Assembly (NCBI GenBank): GCA_001949185.1
Contig: BDGG01000002.1
Coordinates: 1,695,145-1,759,144 of the forward strand
Source: Ramazzottius varieornatus
Lineage: Eukaryota; Animalia; Tardigrada
Length of the DNA: 64,000 bases
Reading direction: 5' to 3'
A model generated the notes under the pieces. The model saw only the letters and a list, made by a program, of their open reading frames with translations. It had not been told where the DNA came from and did no database searches. Each line of letters begins with the position of its first letter. Position 1 is the stretch's first letter. Both the position numbers and the translations under genes were made by a program. Below are positions 1-12,668 of the stretch, one piece after another.

Positions 1-430
1 ACAGTGGTTAAAGGGTTCAACTGATCACTATGTCAGGTTTGCCGATGATGGGGAAAGAACATTAATGGAGAGACTAGCATTGCCATCAGAGATGCTGGCG
101 CGTGGGTAGCTTCCAATCAAAAGACTTGTTCCAGACGAACGTGTGATGGGGTTTGATGGAACAACGATTCTTTCTTCTCTGCAAGCGTACCAAGAGTTAA
201 GTGTTACAGAAGTGGAGTCACTGGATGAGATCATGAAACCACAAAGAGTTGTTTAAACTGTAACAACATGCTTCCAAAGTTTTAATGACTAATCAAGCGC
301 ATGTAGTTTGCTGATAAGAACTCTCTCAAGTCCAAATCTAAATGCAAACAAATCAACAAGTCACTTGTACAGCCGCTCTTGGCCCTTGGGGCTATGAATT
401 AACACTCAGGTCGACCGACTCCACCGTCCA

Positions 431-838
431 TAGGGTTGTTAATGGATGGTTAAACGGTTAAATGGATGGGTCAGCGAATGGATGGGGTTTCTATCCGGAT
501 TGAGGCCGGTTGGATGGAACATCCATCCGGATGGATGCTAGATGGATGGACCCCCAATCCGGATTATCCGGTTGTATCTGGATCAAGGTTTTGGTTGAAA
601 GATAAAAATTTCGTCGGGAGGGGCGATTGGTTACTAACGGCTCGAAAATTCCGCTCAGATTCAATCGAATCTCTTGGTTTCAGCCGAAAGGTCCATGCGG
701 CTTTCTGTGCATGGCTGTAACATAAAAGTCCGAATGGATAGAATCTCTATCGGGTTGGCAGCTGGATGGTTAGGTAGCCCATCCAATCCAGATTCTATCC
801 GGATCCATCTGCTGGTGGATTGGGTTTTAACAACCCGA
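431..838. mobile_element. Non-autonomous hAT-type MITE
   Basis: TIR TAGGGTTGTTAA...TTAACAACCCGA; 8-bp TSD accgtcca (423-430) / accgtccg (839-846); dense GGAT/ATCC subterminal repeats. Confidence 0.85.
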
Positions 839-1543
839 ACCGTCCGCCCTGGGTAGAGCCACACGGGTCACAATAGTCAGCTGTAAATCAGGTCATCAGT
901 GTCGCTCCAATAAGACTTTTTCGATTCTAATTGCAATTACGATTTATCGGAATACTTCGAGCGGCAGCAATTTCAATCATCTGAGACTTAGCTCAGCTGA
1001 ATTAGCAATTACAATTAATCAGAATTCAGCTCATATCACCCATTGAAATTATTTCAATTGTTGTGGTTCATTTTTGAGATTTATATTGTTGTGGTTCATA
1101 CTCCCGAATTATCGTGTTCTGAAGCGACTTAGAGCCTTGGGCTTATCGTTCCATAAGCATGAAATGAATGTTGGATGTTTAGCTCAAAACATGTTGTTCT
1201 TAAGGCATTGAACACGGATGCGCTGATGGAAGCAGGTAATATAGAGATTAAGTTGCCACTCCCGTTCACTTTGCAACTGTAGCCACGGCCTTGCTCCGTC
1301 CCTATCCTGACGTGTAACTACATTTTGCTTTCCGGAGCTCCCCTAATTTTCGGAAAATAACGTAGCCGGAGTTACGGACAGGCAGCATTGGGAAGCATGG
1401 TGACTGCCCAACTATTCAAAGTTCTGACCAGCTGCTGCGCTTATGAATGACGTTGCAACTCATCTTAGCCACAGTGGGACTTTCATCTGGCGGTGGCAAC
1501 TTACCTAATGTCTATTGTAATGCTTCCTGAGGCATTGCGCGGC

Positions 1544-2166
1544 TAGCGCTGGCAAAAATACGATAAAGTTCGATAGGATGATTATTCAACACGATATCGG
1601 CGGATATTTTATTGCAGTCTTTGATATTCATTCGATATCGATATTACGATAGGATATTTTTCTGATACCGTATTTTCGATATATCGTATCACATCGCAGC
1701 GATATATCGATATTTCTGGAATTTTAGTTTTTCAGAATTTCACTGGTTCAAGCCCAAAACCTCAAAAAGCCGATTCCCACATGAAGTATTAGTAAGAACG
1801 AAAGCGTGGGATGCAGCAAAGACATGACTATATCAAGACTTCAAACACATGGAAATCTGGACGGAATTCGTACCAGAACCGAATGGTCGGAGTATGCTCG
1901 GTACACCATGGGCAAAATCAAGTCTTTGAAATCAACCATGGTCTTCCGTAAACGATTTATCGCTGGAGAGTTTGCCATTCAGCAAAATACCAATATATTG
2001 ATAATATATCGATATGGCGCGATACGATATCGCCGAATATTTTATTGCGTTATTCGATAGGAGCTTCATATCGATATTTTCGATACGATATCTGCCGCAT
2101 ATTGTTTCGAAAAGATTCGATATAATTTCGATACGATATCGATATGCCGTATCGTTGCCAGCACTA
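1544..2166. mobile_element. Non-autonomous hAT-type MITE with CGATA subterminal repeats
   Basis: TIR TAGCGCTGGCAAAAATACG / CGTATCGTTGCCAGCACTA; flanking direct repeat gcgcggct (1537-1544, 2167-2174); many CGATA/TATCG motifs at both ends. Confidence 0.85.
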
Positions 2167-2284
2167 GCGCGGCTGCTTAGCCACTGGGCATGAAAGTTGT
2201 GCAGCACAGCGCGGCATTACAGCGCCCTGGTAATGTGCGCAGCACAGTTACAGCGTACTTTTGAACCTGCTGCCCACTGCTCTA
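2167..2284 (-). mobile_element. End fragment of the TAGAGCA hAT MITE family (same family as 51107-51508)
   Basis: Reverse complement reads tagagcagtgggcagcaggttcaaaagtacgctg...gctgtgctgcacaactttcatgcccagtggctaagcagc, near-identical to 51107-51180. Confidence 0.75.
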
Positions 2285-2549
2285 CATAGCTTACACTTAC
2301 AGGTTGTGTGTTACCCGTCATCCCCTCGTCGCGACGGGTCTCGATTTTTTCTGGAATTGAGATAATTTCCATCGTTTTCGCAGATCTCCAGTTTCGTACA
2401 ATCGTATTCCTTCTTTTGAATTTTCATCCACAAACTCCGGGCAAGTCATCCAGATTTCATTGTACTCCCTACTTTCCTGGATCAATGCTGTAGATTGCTG
2501 TTTAGTATTTTTGGCCGAACGACTGGAAACACGGTGAGAATTGCACAGG

Positions 2550-4325
2550 ATGGGAGCAATTCTGTCGCGGGTGAGTAGATTCACAGTCCTCGTTCATGCC
2601 CGTCTTGTTAATCGAGGCGCCAGCTGACGAGGTGTTTCTGTGTTACTTCACGATCTGGAGATTTTGTAGAAAAAGAAAGAGGATGAAACAACGGTGCAAA
2701 AGTTGGAAAAGATCGAGGGGCAGATAAAATCGCTAGAAGAGCATATACAGGCTGATCGTCAGCGCGAGAAGAAAATCTGGGCTTCCTTCCTCTTCACCAC
2801 TGGTTTCCTCTACGTTTCAGTCGCCGGTATCCTTCATCTCTTTGTTCTAAAACGTGAAACTTACCTGGACTATGCGAAACTTGGAGCTCTATGGATTTTT
2901 CCAGTCGTTTTGTAAGTCTTACGGAAATTCGGTCTTCTAGCATGTAGGGGACTCATGACGTCACTACTCCTGACTTTTGCTTTATGTGATTGCGTGGTCC
3001 GGTGTTACTTCTGTTTCTGTCCGGTGACGTCATACGCCACGCTGTAACGTATGAGCCTGCACCCGGATCAGTTGGCTCGCTTTGCCTGTAGAAAACCGCT
3101 TTTGTGCGCGAGTCGATTACATGCGGTGTCTTTGTAGGATTTACTCGCTCCAGCGCTGGATTCCCTGGTATTTCAACCGCGGTATTCAAGAAAGACGGGA
3201 GAAATTACGTCGACTTCGAGAAGAGAAGAAGCGCTTGTTGGATGACGTCCGGGAGAAAGAGCCCTATAACAAAGCCAAGACGATCTTAGAAAAGTACGAA
3301 GGACCACAAGCCTCTCTTGCCAAACCAACTGCCGCTCCAAGAAACACTTCAGCTCACCCTCGAGCTAGCCTTCCGGCTTCGTCCATAACCGTTCAACCAT
3401 CTTACCAGAAGTTTCCTGTGTACAATCCTCAGCCCACAGGTCTGATGGCCCAAACCTCGCCATCGTTTATTGGGATCATGCATCAACGTCCGCCTCAGCC
3501 ACAGTTTCCCATGGGCCGACCACCGCAGATGCGAGAACGCGGAACTATCGACCGAGTGCTGGATTTCATCGTCAAAGATGGACCTGAGAATCGCATGGCA
3601 CTGATATGTCGGCTGTGTGGCGCGCACAATGGCTTGTGTTTGCTGGACGAATACGACTTCACAGGTTGGTACCCGGGCCGAAACGTGACTTTTTACACGC
3701 TTCCGCGCTGCTACAGTCTCATGTCGTAACGTGGGTCTTAGTCTGTTTTCGGCGGGTCAGTCACCCCGACTTGAAAGTGATCTTTTTCACACGCGTTCTC
3801 ACGTTATTGCCCAATGCAGAAGCATGTCTGTTCGGTCTTGCTTTTCGACCGGGTACAAAATTCATTTTGTTTGCAGGTTTTCGGTGTTTTGAATGTGGTG
3901 GTGTAAACCAGCCTAGAAAGTCTCGACCAGCTAGCAGCAATGCCACCGTTGGCCGTAGTCCTTCCCTCATATCTAACAGCAGTATTGCAAGTGGGACCGT
4001 AGCGGGTGGACCTCGTCCTCCAAACCAAGGAACGATTCCAGGTTCGGGTTCCGGGTCCGGATCAAGCTCGGGATCAGGCTCGACCTCGTCCCATAGCGAG
4101 GAGGAAGAATCTCAGAAAGTGGAGCGGCACACGGCCACCGTCAAGGCTCCCATTACCGTTCAAGCGGAAGAAGCAAATGCAAGTAGTACGGCTCAAGTCG
4201 TCGTGTCACGAAGGTTACAGGAAGGCGATACGGGCAGCGAAAGTGACGACGAAGCGGAAGACCCGGCCTTGATGCAAGATAACAAGGAGGGTGTTAGTCC
4301 GGATAGTAGCGCGACCTCCCCTTGA
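2550..4325 (+). CDS. LNPK: Lunapark ER three-way-junction protein (4 exons)
   Basis: N-myristoylation start MGAILSR; coiled coil, two TM segments, LLDDVREKEPYNKAKTILEKY; zinc finger NRMALICRLCGAHNG...FRCFECGGVN split by intron ~3665-3876. Confidence 0.92.
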
Positions 4326-4490
4326 TCAAAGATATTATTTATGTGTGCAATTTCAGATTTACCCATATTTAGACATTTATACGGTATCACTCAGACGTCA
4401 CATTGTGCTTTCGATTTCCTTATTGTGAAGTTTTGTTCAGTGATGCAATTGGAGTTTGACGCTTGGTAACATGGTTTGAGCCCACTGTTT

Positions 4491-6788
4491 TTACTGCATG
4501 ATGGTAATATCGCCCAGCGGAGCCACGCTGAAGATCCAGTTTAAATAGACCGATATTTTGGTGTAGAGCGCTCCTATCCCCGTGGCACAGCCCGTACCGC
4601 TGCTAACGATACCGGCGAGAAACTGCTGGCCTGCCGTGGCGTTGTAATAGAAGAGTGGTCCGCCGCTATCACCTGTCAAAGTCCAACAGCAGTGGATCGA
4701 ACAAGAACCGGAAACTCAGCACAGAAACTGGTTGAAATTATTTCGGTTTTTTTTCAAGTAGCGCATACTGTCGGCGTTCCGCTTAGAAAGCGTGCGTCAT
4801 TTGGAAAGACGATTTTGTCGAGTATAGCGGGTTGCCAGCTAACATACACACGGTCTTGCTTGGCAAGATAGGCTACTACTGTAAGTACCCTGGCAGGAAT
4901 CTTCCCCGACTTGTCCTCCAGCGCATAAGAAGAGATTAAGGTCCGTCACCGGCGAGGTATCGGTTTCGCCACCGCTAAACGAGCACTTGTCGTAGTCGGG
5001 GACCATGATCGGTTGTGGGACGAACTTGAGCGGAATGTTGTGTCGTGGAGGCTGGCGGCCTGACTCACCGTCCACTTCGTCGCCGTAACCGCTGGCCACG
5101 CAAACGTCGCCCACCGACGGTACTTGACGACTCAAGCACGCTGTGCAAGCACACCCCCTGCAACACACAAGATACCTTTCATATCGACCTTTTCCAAGAG
5201 ATCCGCTAACAAACTGGACCAGATCGTTTGTTGAAGTGGCGCACGCTTCTATTGGTATGAGCTGGATGCATGCGCCACTTTGGCAGAATGGTTTGTTAGA
5301 GCCAAGCTGACCCGTTGGCCCGGAAGTCGATGGGTTCTGCAAGAACGAGGACGGCTATATCGTTATCCATCGTGTCCCAACTGAAGGGCGGGTGCGGAAA
5401 CTGCCGCTTACCCGTAGTTCCTGGCCGCAACCGCTAACGACGTCCGGGTAGAAGGGCGGACCATCGTGCAGGCTGCGAGACTTGGCGCCGATCTGGATGC
5501 TGATGGAGTGCCGCGAGGCGTTGTACTGCGCTACGGTTGTGTCCACCAGGCAATGGGCAGCTGTAATGATAGTGCGGGAACCTACGATGGTTCCCCCACA
5601 AAACCATGTCGTTCGGCTCTCATTCTAAACACAAGAAACACCTTAAGCAAATTTACAAACAGCAAAAAATAGGAAGCTCGTTGACAAAATACAAGAACTC
5701 ACCACCGTCAACATTGTTGCACCCTGAAAGTACGTGTACAAAAATCACTGATGTATTGTAGCACAGACACACGCCCCGCTTTAAATTGTTCTCGCTTGCT
5801 AATTCAAAAGGGAAACAACAGATTCACTGATAGTCTTGGATTTTGTTTTGTTGACATACTTGCCAGTATAAATATCCAGCGCCATTCGGCGCCTCTCTTC
5901 CGCCGACAATTTTGTCCGCCACTTTCATTCGCCTTTTACCGATCACGTTTGACACTGATACTCCTCTCCTCCCAGCTTTCACAAAAGTCCTTCTGGAACT
6001 GGAGGGCGTGACAGAGAGTTCGAAGCTCTGTACGGTGGTCAGCAGACCCGGGTCGCCGTTCGGCACTCCGCAGCGGTGTACCATCGCTTCCGCCACAATC
6101 ATGGCTTGATCTGGCAGCTCACCTGAACTGGGTAGTAGCTCGCTGACAGTACACTGGGCCGATGAGGCAACACTGGCGTACGGGCCGGAACAGGAAGAGA
6201 GGTCTGCCACACCGAGACACCTGCCGATGACAGCCGGGTTCGTATCTGGATGGCAGGGAACAGCAGAAGGTCCGCTGATGTTATAGCTCGCAGGTTTTGC
6301 TGCTGGCGAAGTAGGAAAGGACCCGTAGTTAGAAGCGGGAAGATCCCTCCTGTGCGTCGGTATCGTACGAGTTTTGGAGTTTTGGACGCGCATTTCCATC
6401 GGCCAAAATCCGTAGGAAAAAAGGAAATGCAGCTAGAAACATGAAGAGAAGCATGTTGGTGCCTTACCATTGGTTCCATCCACGGCAAGAACAGCCGAAT
6501 GAGACCGATCACAGTATATTCGGACAGCCTTTTTCTCTCTTGCACAAATTGAATTGGTCTAACAGATTAATGCATAAATACAAGCGTTGTGGCGATGCGG
6601 GTCGATCCACAACGAGCTGCTGGCTTCGCTGGCCATAAACTACCGGCTTACAGTGACCGTCAAAGTGGGGCATCGGCAGTGCGACGACCAGATCCGAGAA
6701 AAGTCCATCTCGATATCGATGGCACACAACAGAGAAAGAACAGTGGTTGAGACATGCGATTCACATACTTACAGCCTATTTCTGCCAT
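4491..6788 (-). CDS. Trypsin-like (S1A) serine protease with Cys-rich N-terminal region; apparent 1-nt frameshift near 5408; 5' end uncertain
   Basis: Activation site DK/IVGG, ITAAHC, DNDIAVLVL, GEDSCQ|GDSGGPL, GIVSSGTGC, YTKIS; start codon at 6788 is tentative. Confidence 0.85.
4711..4840. repeat. N27 palindrome family, monomer (protease intron)
   Basis: caagtagcgca-N27-tgcgtcatttg with ggaaagacgattttgtcgag arm. Confidence 0.75.
5198..5308. repeat. N27 palindrome family, monomer (protease intron)
   Basis: gaagtggcgca-N27-tgcgccacttt. Confidence 0.85.
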
Positions 6789-6980
6789 TTCTTGTCCGTC
6801 TAACTACCACCAAAGCGAAAAGAAAGGTTAAACATCAACATTGATCTGGCAGAGTTCATCTACAGAAAAAAAACCAACGTTAAATCAAAGCTCAGAGGAT
6901 GATCGGTGTGAAGTATTCTGATTCCACGGCCAACATCCTCTGAGCATTTCGCGTCCCAAAAGCAAACAACCAAGCTAACT

Positions 6981-9900
6981 TTAATGACTTTGAGTTTGGC
7001 TAGAACTCAGCTTCTTGATTTCCGTCTCGTATATCAGCAGTCGCCACAGCTTGACTACAAAGACTTCGGCATCTTCATCCAACACCTGCAAAATTTCACA
7101 TGAACGAAATGCACATATAAATAGGCAAAATCAAACGGGCTCTTCTTACCATTGCAATTTCGCCCATCAAAGCACGAGGGCTGACTTGTAGCGCCACCTT
7201 TTGTGTGATGAAGTCAATCAGTGAAGACTCGGCTTCACCCATGTATTCCTCGACTTTTTTGCTGATCCAGGGTTTGACTCGCCCATTCATCAAACTCTAC
7301 AACAGAAAAAAAACAACCGAGTTATTAAAGTTGTTTTATTTTATTTTCGTTTCATCTCACCTTATCGAGCATTTCCCATGCGACAGCGTAGTCAAACAGC
7401 TCGTCCTTCTTGGTGGGAATACTCTCGATGAGTTTCTTTTGTTGGGCCTTCTTGTTCTCCGCCGCCAGCCTCTTCTTTTCAATCTCATCGTCGAACCGGA
7501 ATAGACGCTTCCGTCGTTCGTTGTTGACATCGTCTTTGTCACCGTCATCATCCGACCCAGTAGCAAAGATTGGCTCAGCACCGGGTGCTAACGAGGAAGA
7601 GGAAGGTCCGCCACGCTTGAAGAGAAGCTTGTTGGCGGCTTGCTGGAAGGATATCGTCGGTGCACCTTCCTTCACTAACCCCCAAAATCAAAATCAAGAT
7701 TAATTATCATATTCTGAATATAATCGGAACTATTCTCGTAAAGAATCGCGGGAGGAAGACGAACCTGGGCTCGTGGTAGCTACTGGCTCAGTCTTTACCA
7801 CAGGTTCGGACGCTGTCTCATCGACGAGGAGCGCCGGAGGGGCTCGCACTGGCTCGGCTTTGAGTTCATGCTGCCCCTTGGGCGGATGGAGTTTCTTCTG
7901 GTTGGCCATCACGGCTTCCTGCTGACCATCTTCCAGCAGTTGCTGCTTCAGCTCTTCCATCACCTTCAATTCTCTTAGCCTATCACGCTCATCTGCTTCC
8001 AGCTCCCTTTGACGATCCTTCATTAACCTGATCAACGCCGTTCCCCTGAAGAAATCAAGAAACATAGATTAGACGCAGCACAAAGTAAATTAAGTTGGCG
8101 ATTTCAGCAACAGAATCCATGACCTATTGGTTTTCAACCCTTTAAAGCGCATTAGCTTGAAGGTCGAGGGTTCGAACCCTACCAAGTGCGCTTTTTGTCT
8201 TTTTTTGAACAATGGTTTTTTAATTGATTTCTGGCTTCTGAGCCTACCGGTAGTAGTCATCGTCCATCTTATCGTCATCATAGTCTTCATAGATTCTCAT
8301 CAGTCTTTTAGCATTCTTCTTGTCCTCTGCGCGTTTCTGGTTCTCTTTCATATCCTCTTTGTCCCTTTCCCTCTGCATTCTCCGTTCGCGTTCGGTCCAC
8401 TCTTGCAGCATCAGCTGATACTGCCGGTCTTGTTCCACCAAGCGGCGGTTGTACCGACGCTGGCGCGGAGGCAAGCTTTCCAGGACGACACCATCGTCGG
8501 AAGGTCCTTCTGATAGTCGACTGCCCGAACGTCTTCTGGTTCGGTGACCAGCCATGCGTCGGGCTTTCGAGTCGGTGGATGCGACGGAAGCTGCACGCCC
8601 GAGTGCCGCGGAAGGGGAACGTCTGTCGGCCGAGGAATGTGGCGAGTTGCCCGTGTCAGAGTCGACCGATGTCTCACGAGGGTTCTTCTGAGCAGCACGG
8701 CCCGCGGCTTTGATACGCTCCTCTAGTACTTCGTCGGATCCCTGCAGAAACAACAGGAAGCACGAGAAAGCAAATACCCCCGGAATATCAATAGTCTACC
8801 TTCGATTAAAAATCTTCATAACCATTCTGACTTCAAGTTGAACAGTTAACAGCAACGCGTTAGCGGCGTTATACGTTTCGAATCATTGAGAACGTCTGCG
8901 ACCTCAGCATATAAATTCGTCCACTTCGTTTTTAAACGTGGCGCACTCTTTGAGCTAATAACTCTGGCCACTTCGGAAGACAATCTGGTCGCGTTTGTCA
9001 GCCGAGGTCGCAGTCAATGGAATATTTCCGTGGGAGACTGGACGTCTTACCTCTACCCTTGTAACGAAAAATCGTGCGATAAATAAAAATCTCTTACCGA
9101 GCAAGCATGATTTCACAAATTGTCTGTTCAAAGGTTTCGCCCAAATTTCGACTTCCAACACCAAGGCAATGTTTAGATTTTACTCACAAATTTCTAGATG
9201 ACCAAACTATCTGCAGGTAGCACGCAAATTATGTGAACGGCGATGTAGACTGGAGGACGGTAGTTATCAATACTAATTAACGGGATAAGTCGTTAAAACG
9301 ACACACTCCGTGTGACTATCCCATAGCTTACCTTGTATGTGTCTCGGAAATTTTGGATTTCTCGACTAATCAGCTGACGTTTGTCCTCTTCCATCTCAAT
9401 CTCCTCGATTGTCTACAAGTGACAGCCACTGAAGCCGCGATCACCCAGCAACAAGAAACACACCGAACATCGACCAGAAAATCCTGTCAACTTACCGCAT
9501 CTTCCTTGCTGACCACGGTCCGTTTCGACTTGACCGCAGCATCTTCTACAATCATTGAACGTCAACATTGGATGCTGACCGGAGATTAATCTACTGTAAG
9601 TTACCAGGCAGAGGTTTGGAGAGGTCCGCTTCGTGTTCAGTCAAGAGCGCTTGCAGCTCCTTCTTGATAACTTCGTCTTGTAGGCGCGTCACTTGGTCCA
9701 CATCCACTTCCAGGTCCAAGTTGGGTCCCAGAATGGACTCCATTCGCTTGCGGTAGACCAGGACCAACGGGTGTTGTTTGTTACCCATTGTCACTTGCAG
9801 CTCTTTCGCGCCCAACTGTAGCCCGTGCAGAAGTCGGACGGCTCTCAGTGCACTTTCCGCACTGCCAAACTCCGCAAACCCGAAAGCTAAAGCACCAACA

Positions 9901-11036
9901 CGATTCACAGCGCAAAGAAAAGTTTGTATTATTTTCAGAACAGTCACCTTGCAGCTTGTTATTGGTACCATGAGCTCGTTTCCAATTGACCACGACGCCG
10001 CATCTCTACAAAGCACCGGAAATTCATTATTGACTACTCGAAAGAACGAGACACCTATTTACATTGATCAAGGACTTGATCAGCGATTCTGAAACGCGAT
10101 CGTCAATGTTCCCAATGAAGATGGTCACGACCGCCTCGGTATTGCTGGTTACTTCACCCGCTGTCGTCGGCGGTCCACTTATCCCACTGTTAAACAAGCG
10201 TCGTTAGTCTACTTCCAAAATGTTCTTCAACTCTCTCATGAGTTACTTCAGCCTGTACCTTGGAGTACTAGCAGCGTAGAGCACGGGTCGTGCATCGCGT
10301 TGTCGAACCATATTGGGCGGAGGGACAGCTCGCATTGAGGCCTGGTGCATGGGCGGCGGTGGACCGCTTTGGTATCCCATCGACATGGGTTGGGGAGGCT
10401 GGTGCGGTGGTCCAAAGCTTTGACGCATTCCTCCAGAGGAGAAAGGGCCACCGGGACCCATCCCGGGAAGATGACTTCCGCCGCCCGGCTGAAACAGAAA
10501 CACAATTTTGGAACGAACAATCGAAAATAACGAGTAGGCCTTGCGCACACTCCACACTAAAACTGGAGTGTCATTAAACCGTTCTAGTCCTACAGTTCTA
10601 CTGAAAATCCATTTGCCATGTGTAACGTCGGGCGAAGTGACAGCTCCATGACGTCACAGAAGAAACAATGACACGCTATTTTACGCAAATAGGCTATCTG
10701 AAGTTTCGATGACGTAATGCATCGCACTCACCGGATGCTGATAGAACATGGACGGTGGTTGGTTTTGCGGACCTGAAGGTTGCTGGAAATACATGTTGTT
10801 GGGTGGCATTCCTCCTGGAAACAAGAACGAGCATTCACCAGCAGGTTCGACAGTGAAAATGGGAAGAAGAGACCTGGTCGAGGTGGCCCAAGAGGCGGTG
10901 GAACATGTCCGAATCGCTGCATGCCTCCATTGTGTATCAGTGACGGTTGTTGCTGCGGAGGATAACTCGGTGGCATTCCCGGTGGTCCAGCATAATTGCC
11001 GAATGGTGGAGGAGGCTGCTGCTGTGGATAGGACAT
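6981..11036 (-). CDS. RBM25: RNA-binding protein 25 (Pro-rich N-terminus, RRM, RE/RD-rich coiled coil, PWI domain)
   Basis: RRM AFGFAEFGSAESALRAVRLLHGLQLGAKELQV; EDYDDDKMDDDYYRG; KKLIESIPTKKDELF; PWI VKPWISKKVEEYMGEAESSLIDFI...VLDEDAEVFVVKLWRLLIYETE. Confidence 0.93.
8896..9013. repeat. N27 palindrome family, monomer with shortened spacer (RBM25 intron)
   Basis: ctgcgacctcagc...gtggcgca...gccacttcggaagacaatc...gccgaggtcgcag. Confidence 0.75.
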
Positions 11037-12668
11037 GATCGGTAGGTGTTAGAGCAAGTCAAAGGTACTCTTCAACACTTCGTAGGAAGGCTCTATACGA
11101 TACAGGGTTTCAATGTTTTCATCGAAGGCTTGTGCGCTTTCCTACCGCTGCATCACCGTATCCATGCTGCAGGCTTTAAAAGCAGCAGGTCTACTAGAAC
11201 AAAGTCGAGACAATTGGATTTTCACGAGGAGTTAATCCAGGAACACATCCAGGAGTAGTCAGGCAAGCGACCTTATCAACAATCAATGGACGGCCCAAGC
11301 AAAGGTGATTCAAAACGTCAACTGTCACGGTTCCACACTGCCTTTGCTACAGGAGAACTTCAACGTTGAACTGAGTTTGGGATAGATCTCATCAGGCAGA
11401 TGAAAGGGACACGGGATCAGACTATGATTTTGGAAGGGAAGATTGGAATCTGGATTTTGGGAGACTTGGGAGAAGTCAAGATTCAAGAATCAAGTATCAA
11501 GATTCAAGAATAAAGATGTACGGATTTGCTTCGGCTCACAGCCGCTCACCAAACGTTACTGCGTTGCGTTGCGCTGTTAGGCTATACGGCCCGAACCGGT
11601 GATACCACATGTGTACGTTCGCAAACGGGCTGCTACACCATACAGATGGCGCCACATGGACTGATGGCTCCTTGCCGCCTCAGAACTCCTGAAACTTCTG
11701 GAGCTGGGTCCCAGAATCAGATGAAATTGTCTGACATCGTGAGGCATCGTGTTGCTGTTTCAGCAGCTCTCCGTGGAGCTAAAACGACACTGCCCAAAGA
11801 AGGGTGATGGTGAGTTTACTTTTGGTAACAATGTCAACATTGACGCCGTTCCGCGTTTGATGTCTCTGTTCTGTCCACGCATAAAATCTCACGCAATGAT
11901 CTGGGTCATTTTGTCACGCTCGACTTTTATTTTGCTGACAGTCTGTCACGATCATCGTATATCTCTTGTCAACCGCGAAGAACGAGCTGTTTTCACAGGT
12001 AGGGCCATAGAACCATGTTTTTCATCCTCCACGTTGGGTTGTTCGTTGTTGGCATGAGCCTGTATCTTTCAAGCTGTCGTGTTCTTCTGACAGGCGTATC
12101 GATCTGACAAAGTGAATTTCTGGAAATAATCTTCCCAGTTGTTCTGAGGGAATCTTCCTGCTTAGAGGTAAAATAACTTTAGACTATTGTTTTACTTTCG
12201 TCACCGGCAGGAATTCTCTAGGTGTTTGCCCTTTGGAGTTTCAGTTTCTTTTGTTTTGTTTCCTGTTGATCTGTTTTGCTTTCTGCGTGTTGATTGAAAT
12301 GAGATAACTGTGGCTCGATGCTGTCTTGTCGCACTAAATCCGGACAGGTTACGTATTCCAAAGTTCGTACCTTAACCCGGATTAAATCACGTTATCGTGA
12401 CGTCAGTAAGCTGGTTTGGTGACAGCCGAGTTGGCTGTGCTGATCGGTGTCAATGGACAGTTGCCAGTTGTACTTGATCGCTGTTGGTAAGAGTCTGGAA
12501 AAAGTCTTAACACGAGTTGATTGTCAATCAACCCAAGTGACGTTTTCGTACGCTGCAGGAGTCGAAGAACGACTCACTTTAGGGAGCATGAGTGTACGCC
12601 GATCGTCTATACTCTTGCACAGTGGTCACTTGCACTTGTACGATATTCGTACGGCTCAGACAAAGCAA

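Noticed and set aside
2950-3035. Paired TGACGTCA (CRE-like) sites, also near 10649, 12398, 30382 and 32553
   Set aside because: Short palindromes lying mostly within repeat-like intron inserts; regulatory function cannot be supported from sequence
5163-5311. N27 family as an intron-creating (Introner) element
   Set aside because: In nearly all copies the element lies inside the intron with unrelated sequence on both sides and does not supply both splice sites
8159-8190. tRNA gene
   Set aside because: Only a T-arm/B-box is evident; no acceptor or anticodon stems could be paired
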